Part shown: positions 59,055-64,000 of the stretch, in pieces | How positions within the stretch are numbered: position 1 is the stretch's first letter | How the letters are laid out: every line of letters begins with the position of its first letter | Assembly (NCBI GenBank): GCA_964106645.2 | Contig: OZ067045.1 | Length of the DNA stretch: 64,000 nt | Source of the DNA: Podarcis pityusensis | Taxonomy: Eukaryota | Reading direction: 5' to 3' (one strand) | The notes under the pieces: generated by a model | Seen by the model: the letters and a program-made list of their open reading frames with translations, nothing else | Told to the model about the DNA's origin: nothing | Database searches by the model: none | Program-made: the position numbers and the translations under genes

Positions 59055-59615
59055 ATAAGCATTAAGCAAAACATATTGTACTATCAGCACATTCACACAG
59101 AAACATATGCAATTCATTAAAAAATAATCATAATATACGAACCCACCCTTCCACAGCAGAAACAGAAAGCTTTGGCAGCACGCTAACAGATTTTGCAAAT
59201 CATGCAATTGCAATCAGTGGCTGTGAACTATCCTTTACCAATCAGATATTTAGGACTACAAATCCCATTTTCCACAGAGAGCTCCAGCATGACACAAGAG
59301 CTTCAGTCCAAAATTTCTAGAGGGCACAAGGATGGTGACGGTCACTATAAACAAATTAATGCATGTTGGTTTGCAACTAAATGAAACTTTTAGACTACCT
59401 ACCTAGTAGCATACATAAAGGAAAACCTTTTGTATCTGCTCAGAGGCAATAAAGGCAGGGAGCAATTGCAAAAACACTGTGATTTCTGTGTGGTTCTATA
59501 TACAGTACACAAGCGAAGATACTAAGGGAGAACACTGAAAGGCCACAAACCAGTGGAATGAGATGCCCTGGATTGTGGGCCAAAGTCCCAGAACTGCACA
59601 GTAGCAAGGCAGGTA

Positions 59616-61078
59616 CCGTATTTTTCGCTCTATAAGACGCACTTTTTCCCCTCCAAAAATGAAGGGGAAATGTGTGTGCGTCCTATGGAGCGAATGCAGG
59701 CTTTCGCTGAAGCCTGGAGAGCGAGGGGGGTCGGTGCGCACCGACCCCTCTCACTCTCCAGGCTTCAGGAAGCTATCCGCTAGCCATGGGAAACCCAGCT
59801 CTCCCACGGCTAGCGGAGACCTTGCCAGCACCCAGAAGCTTGGGGCGCGCTGAGCTCCGCACGCCCCAAGCTTCGGGATTAGCGCAGTGCTCCGCTAGCC
59901 CTGGGAGAGCCGCGCGGCTCTCCCACGGCTAGCGGACTGCTTGCCGGCACCCAGAAGCTTGGGGCGCGCTGAGCTCCGCACGCCCCAAGCTTCGGGATTA
60001 GCGCAGCGCTCCGCTAGCCCTGGGAGAGCCGCGGGGCTCTCCCACGGCTAGCGGAGACCTTGCCGGCACCCAGAAGCTTGGGGCGCGCTGAGCTCCGCAC
60101 GCCCCAAGCTTCGGGATTAGCGCAGCGCTCCGCTAGCCCTGGGAGAGCCGCGCGGCTCTCCCACGGCTAGCGGACTGCTTGCCGGCACCCAGAAGCTTGG
60201 GGCGCGCGGAGCTCTGCACGCCTCAAGCTTCGGGATTAGCGCAGCGCTCTGCTAGCCCTGGGAGAGCCGCGCGAAGTCGCGGGGCTCTCCCAGGGCTAGC
60301 AGAGACCTTGCCGGCACCCAGAAGCTTGGGGCGCGCGGAGCTCTGCACGCCCCAAGCTTCGGGATTAGCGCAGCGCTCCGCTAGCCATGGGAGAGCCGCC
60401 GGGCTCTCCCAGGGCTAGCGGAGACCTTGCCGGCACCCAGAAGCTTGGGGCGCGCTGAGCTCTGCACGCCCCAAGCTTCGGGATTAGCGCAGCGCTCCGC
60501 TAGCCATGGGAGAGCCGCGGGGCTCTCCCAGGGCTAGCGGAGACCTTGCCGGCACCCAGAAGCTTGGGGCGCGCGGAGCTCCGCACGCCCCAAGCTTCGG
60601 GATTAGCGCAGCGCTCCGCTAGCCCTGGGAGAGCCGCGGGGCTCTCCCACGGCTAGCGGAGACCTTGCCGGCACCCAGAAGCTTGGGGCGCGCGGAGCTC
60701 TGCACGCCTCAAGCTTCGGGATTAGCGCAGCGCTCTGCTAGCCCTGGGAGAGCCGCGCGAAGTCGCGGGGCTCTCCCACGGCTAGCGGAGACCTTGCCGG
60801 CACCCAGAAGCTTGGGGCGCGCGGAGCTCTGCATGCCCCAAGCTTCAGGATTAGCGCAGCGCTCCGCTAGCCATGGGAGAGCCGCGGGGCTCTCCCAGGG
60901 CTAGCGGAGACCTTGCCGGCACCCAGAAGCTTGGGGCGCACTGAGCTCCACACGCCCCAAGCTTCGGGCTTAGCACAGCGCACCTGGGGGGGAAATAAAA
61001 AATTTTTTCCTTTATTTCCCCCCCAAAAAACTAGGTGCGTCCTATGGGCCGGTGCGTCCTATGGTGCGAAAAATACGG
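59616..61078. mobile_element. Non-autonomous Tc1/mariner-superfamily element, same TIR family as 16425-17441, carrying a GC-rich tandem array
   Basis: TA|CCGTATTTTTCGC ... GCGAAAAATACGG|TA; about 80 bp at each end is homologous to the other copy. Confidence 0.88.
59775..60985. repeat. Minisatellite, 10 x ~119-bp CpG-rich unit with two internal palindromes
   Basis: CCCAGAAGCTTGGGGCGC occurs 10 times at ~119-130-bp spacing. Confidence 0.97.
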
Positions 61079-61455
61079 TAATTACTGAACAAAAGCTGAT
61101 TTTCTCCACAACATTTGGCTGCTAGAGAGTCATAAACACACATGAATTTACTGTAACGACACATTACTTATTGAATCATGCTTATAATGCTTGGCCTGAG
61201 AAGTCAAAACACCCCACCATGGAGTTTTCTTTTGCACAGAAAAATGGGCTTTAATTTAGTGTATATGAGAGAGGGTCATGGGCTCCAGTTTTAAGAGGGT
61301 AGGGCACAATTTAATCCCACAGCATGCAAAACAGGGCAAAAGCCTGAGTCCTAAAATTTCCGGTTTGAAACAGTTGTGAATATTAACCTAAAGCTGAAGC
61401 TGACAGAAAATGCACATCGCCATAGATGTCACCTGATTCAGGAGTGCCCTTAACC

Positions 61456-61912
61456 CATGGGTAGGCAGCCTAAGGCCGGATGCGGCCCAATCGCCTTCTC
61501 AATCCGGCCAGCGGACAGTCCGGGAATCAACATGTTTTTACATGAGTAGAATGTTTGCTTTTATTTAAAATGCCTCTCCGGGTTATTTGTGGGGCCTGCC
61601 TGCTGTTTTTACATGAGTAGAATGTTTGCTTTTATTTAAAATGCCTCTCCGGGTTATTTGTGGGGCCTGCCTGCTGTTTTTACATGAGTAGAATGTTTGC
61701 TTTTATTTAAAATGCATCTCTGGGTTATTTGTGGGGCCTGCCTGCTGTTTTTTACATGAGTAGAATGTTTGCTTTTATTTAAAATGCATCTCTGGGTTAT
61801 TTGTGGGGCACAGGAATTCGTTCATTTCCCCCCCCAAAAATATAGTCCAGCCCACCACATGGTCTGAGGGACAGTGGACTGGCCCACAGCTGAAAAAGGT
61901 TGCTGACCCCTG
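61456..61912. mobile_element. Non-autonomous hAT element with internal ~71-bp tandem repeat (about 4 copies)
   Basis: 8-bp TSD CCTTAACC (61448-61455, 61913-61920); imperfect TIRs CATGGGTAGGCA / TGCTGACCCCTG; GGCCGGATGCGGCCC subterminal motif. Confidence 0.82.
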
Positions 61913-64000
61913 CCTTAACCCATGAAAATTATTGTCAGAGGAAGTGTAACAATCATAATGCTTTATTTTATATTTTTGTAGACTGCTCAGAGGTTTTCTT
62001 ACAATCAGGTAGTATATAAATTCTCTTAAATAAATAAATATCTCCAACACAAACAAGAATACGTAAGTCTATTCTCCATATCCAGACAAGATGTATCATC
62101 TTGTCTGGATTCAGTTGCTGCTTTGAACACTGAAAACCTGTTCAAAACACTGCTGTAAATTTTTGTTATATTTTTCATAGCAGAATGCAAGTATAGTAAA
62201 TAAGTTGTTCTCTTATTGTAAGATTATTCAGTTAAATTAAGTGGCTAATTAAGAAACCTGTGCTTGTGTTTTCTGTAATACAGAACCTTACCTTGAGCTC
62301 CCTGCCCCCCGTTGGAAATGTACTTGAAATTAATTCCACAATAAATACAATATCGGATACATTAAAGTGCCAGGAAGAAGGCATTATCCTGAATGCCACC
62401 CTTCATTACTTAACGGATCTCTCTCTTTCAGCATTTTCTCTTGGGGAAAAACTCCACCCACCTGTACCAACACCAGCTTCTACCCAAAAGGAGAAGCAGA
62501 ATTGATACAAATCCAAAAAGGACAGAAAAACACTGCTGAGGGTTTTGCAAATGCCACTTTTATGAGTTAACTCCGCACCGTTTGCCAGTAAAAACAGGCT
62601 TTTCTCCACTGGGGGAAGGCTGCAAATCTGTAAATGGGATCTTAACTTTGCAGCTTTGCAGGGACAAAGCAAGACTGGGCTGCCTTTCCTGCCAGCCGGC
62701 CCTTTGTGATCTGACAAAATGGCTGTCTGTGTAGGAAGTCAATGCAGACTGGGCCAGAGGAATAGTGCAGCGTGTCTGTCACTCTTGATTCCATCACAAA
62801 GTGTGAGAGATTCTTCACCTTAGGGATGCTTCTGCATTCTACCCTGAAAACCTATTTCAACAGCCCTTTAAACACCCAAACCACCTAAGATTAGAAAAAC
62901 AACAGCTGAGAGGAGGAAGGCAGTAAGGAAGCCCCACAAGAGAGAGGCCCTCCAGTCTCAAGAGCCCAGCAGGAGGCAAGAATTACCAATAGTTCTATTT
63001 CCCCAAAGCTGAGGCATCACAGGAGCAACGGCTGGAAATGGTCCCAGGAGCTTCTGTCTGTGTGTGTTTCTATGCTGACAATACCTAGGAGAGCAAGAAA
63101 AAGGACACAAATCCCAAGACCCTCATGGAGCTCAAACTAAGGAGCTAAAGGAGGCCCTAAAAAGATACCCAGCCTTTGGGCTGCATCGCCCAATCTCCTG
63201 AGGTAGTCCTGGCTGTTCCCTTCAGAGTCATAGAACTGCATAGAACTGACTGGCTACCAATTCATAAAAACCGAAACTGCTTTTTGTTGGGAAAGGAAAG
63301 CTGCTGCTCACCTAAGGGGCTCACTGGCCACTAGCAGAAGCACTGGCAAAGGTGCTCTTTGGGGAGAAATCATAATGGGGAGAGGTTCCCTCTCTTTCGC
63401 TTATTTCAACTGTGTCAAGGTGGCTGATCAGAAACAAGGAGACCCAAAACAGGAGGCAGAAACTCTTCAAGAGACACTTCAAACAATGCCAATTAACACA
63501 TCTGCTTCAGAGGCTGCACTGCCGGATTCCTTTTGAAGAGAGGTGCTACGCTAAATGTTAGCACCTAACTTATGTGCCTCTTTGATCAGAAATTATGCAC
63601 ATTTTGCAGGTATAAAGAAAAACCTAGAATCCAGCCAGCATACAAACTGGCCCTTGCTTTTAGAGCACAGCACTGCAGTTGAGTAGCAGCAGCAGGAAAG
63701 GTCTCCTCTGTTCTGCTTATGAAGCGGCAAGAGCTGCTTAGATCACAAGAGACCAAAGTTTTTGAGAGGATGCTGGAGATTATTGCTGTGCCTTTGTTTA
63801 AATGACACCCATCTCTTAACAAGGGGCTGTAAATCCTTTGGCTCAGATCTTCAGAGCTCTACAAGTCAGCCAGCTTTACCAGTTACCTTCTACAGCAAGT
63901 GTAGGGAAATTCTCTGCATCTGCTCAGGGAATAAGTAGGCTGGGCTGGGAGAGGGCAATGGGCAGGGCCTACATTCAAAGTGGGCAGGGCTAAAGCAGCA

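Noticed and set aside
59775-60985. CRISPR-like or tRNA-like array
   Set aside because: Whole units repeat with no unique spacers, the context is a vertebrate intron, and the array is enclosed by transposon TIRs; ORFs 60179, 60665 and 60913 are repeat artefacts.

Overview
Vertebrate genomic DNA, most likely a squamate and probably a lacertid lizard, judged from an intact Sauria SINE with an (ACCTTT)n tail and other squamate repeats. Most of the window is the minus-strand gene EIF4G3 (eIF4GII). I traced 35 GT-AG exons from 57814 down to 5145 with consistent phases. They include the neuronal 21-nt GGFRPIQ microexon, the PABP-binding segment, the eIF4E-binding YDREFLL motif and the MIF4G, MA3 and W2 domains. 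The stop codon falls in a 141-N assembly gap (5004-5144); the 3'UTR runs to about 4180; the true 5' end of the gene probably lies beyond the window. Introns carry SINEs, CR1/L2/L1 fragments and non-autonomous DNA transposons. The most unusual observations are: (1) a decayed inverted copy of the 111-nt cassette exon and its acceptor about 170-270 nt downstream of it, able to fold back over the exon in the pre-mRNA and overlapping a candidate poison exon; (2) three candidate frame-preserving N-terminal exons; (3) two TA-flanked elements of one TIR family carrying unrelated internal tandem arrays, one a 10 x ~119-bp CpG-rich double-hairpin array with higher-order structure. Orthology calls rest on recalled protein sequence, not on database searches.
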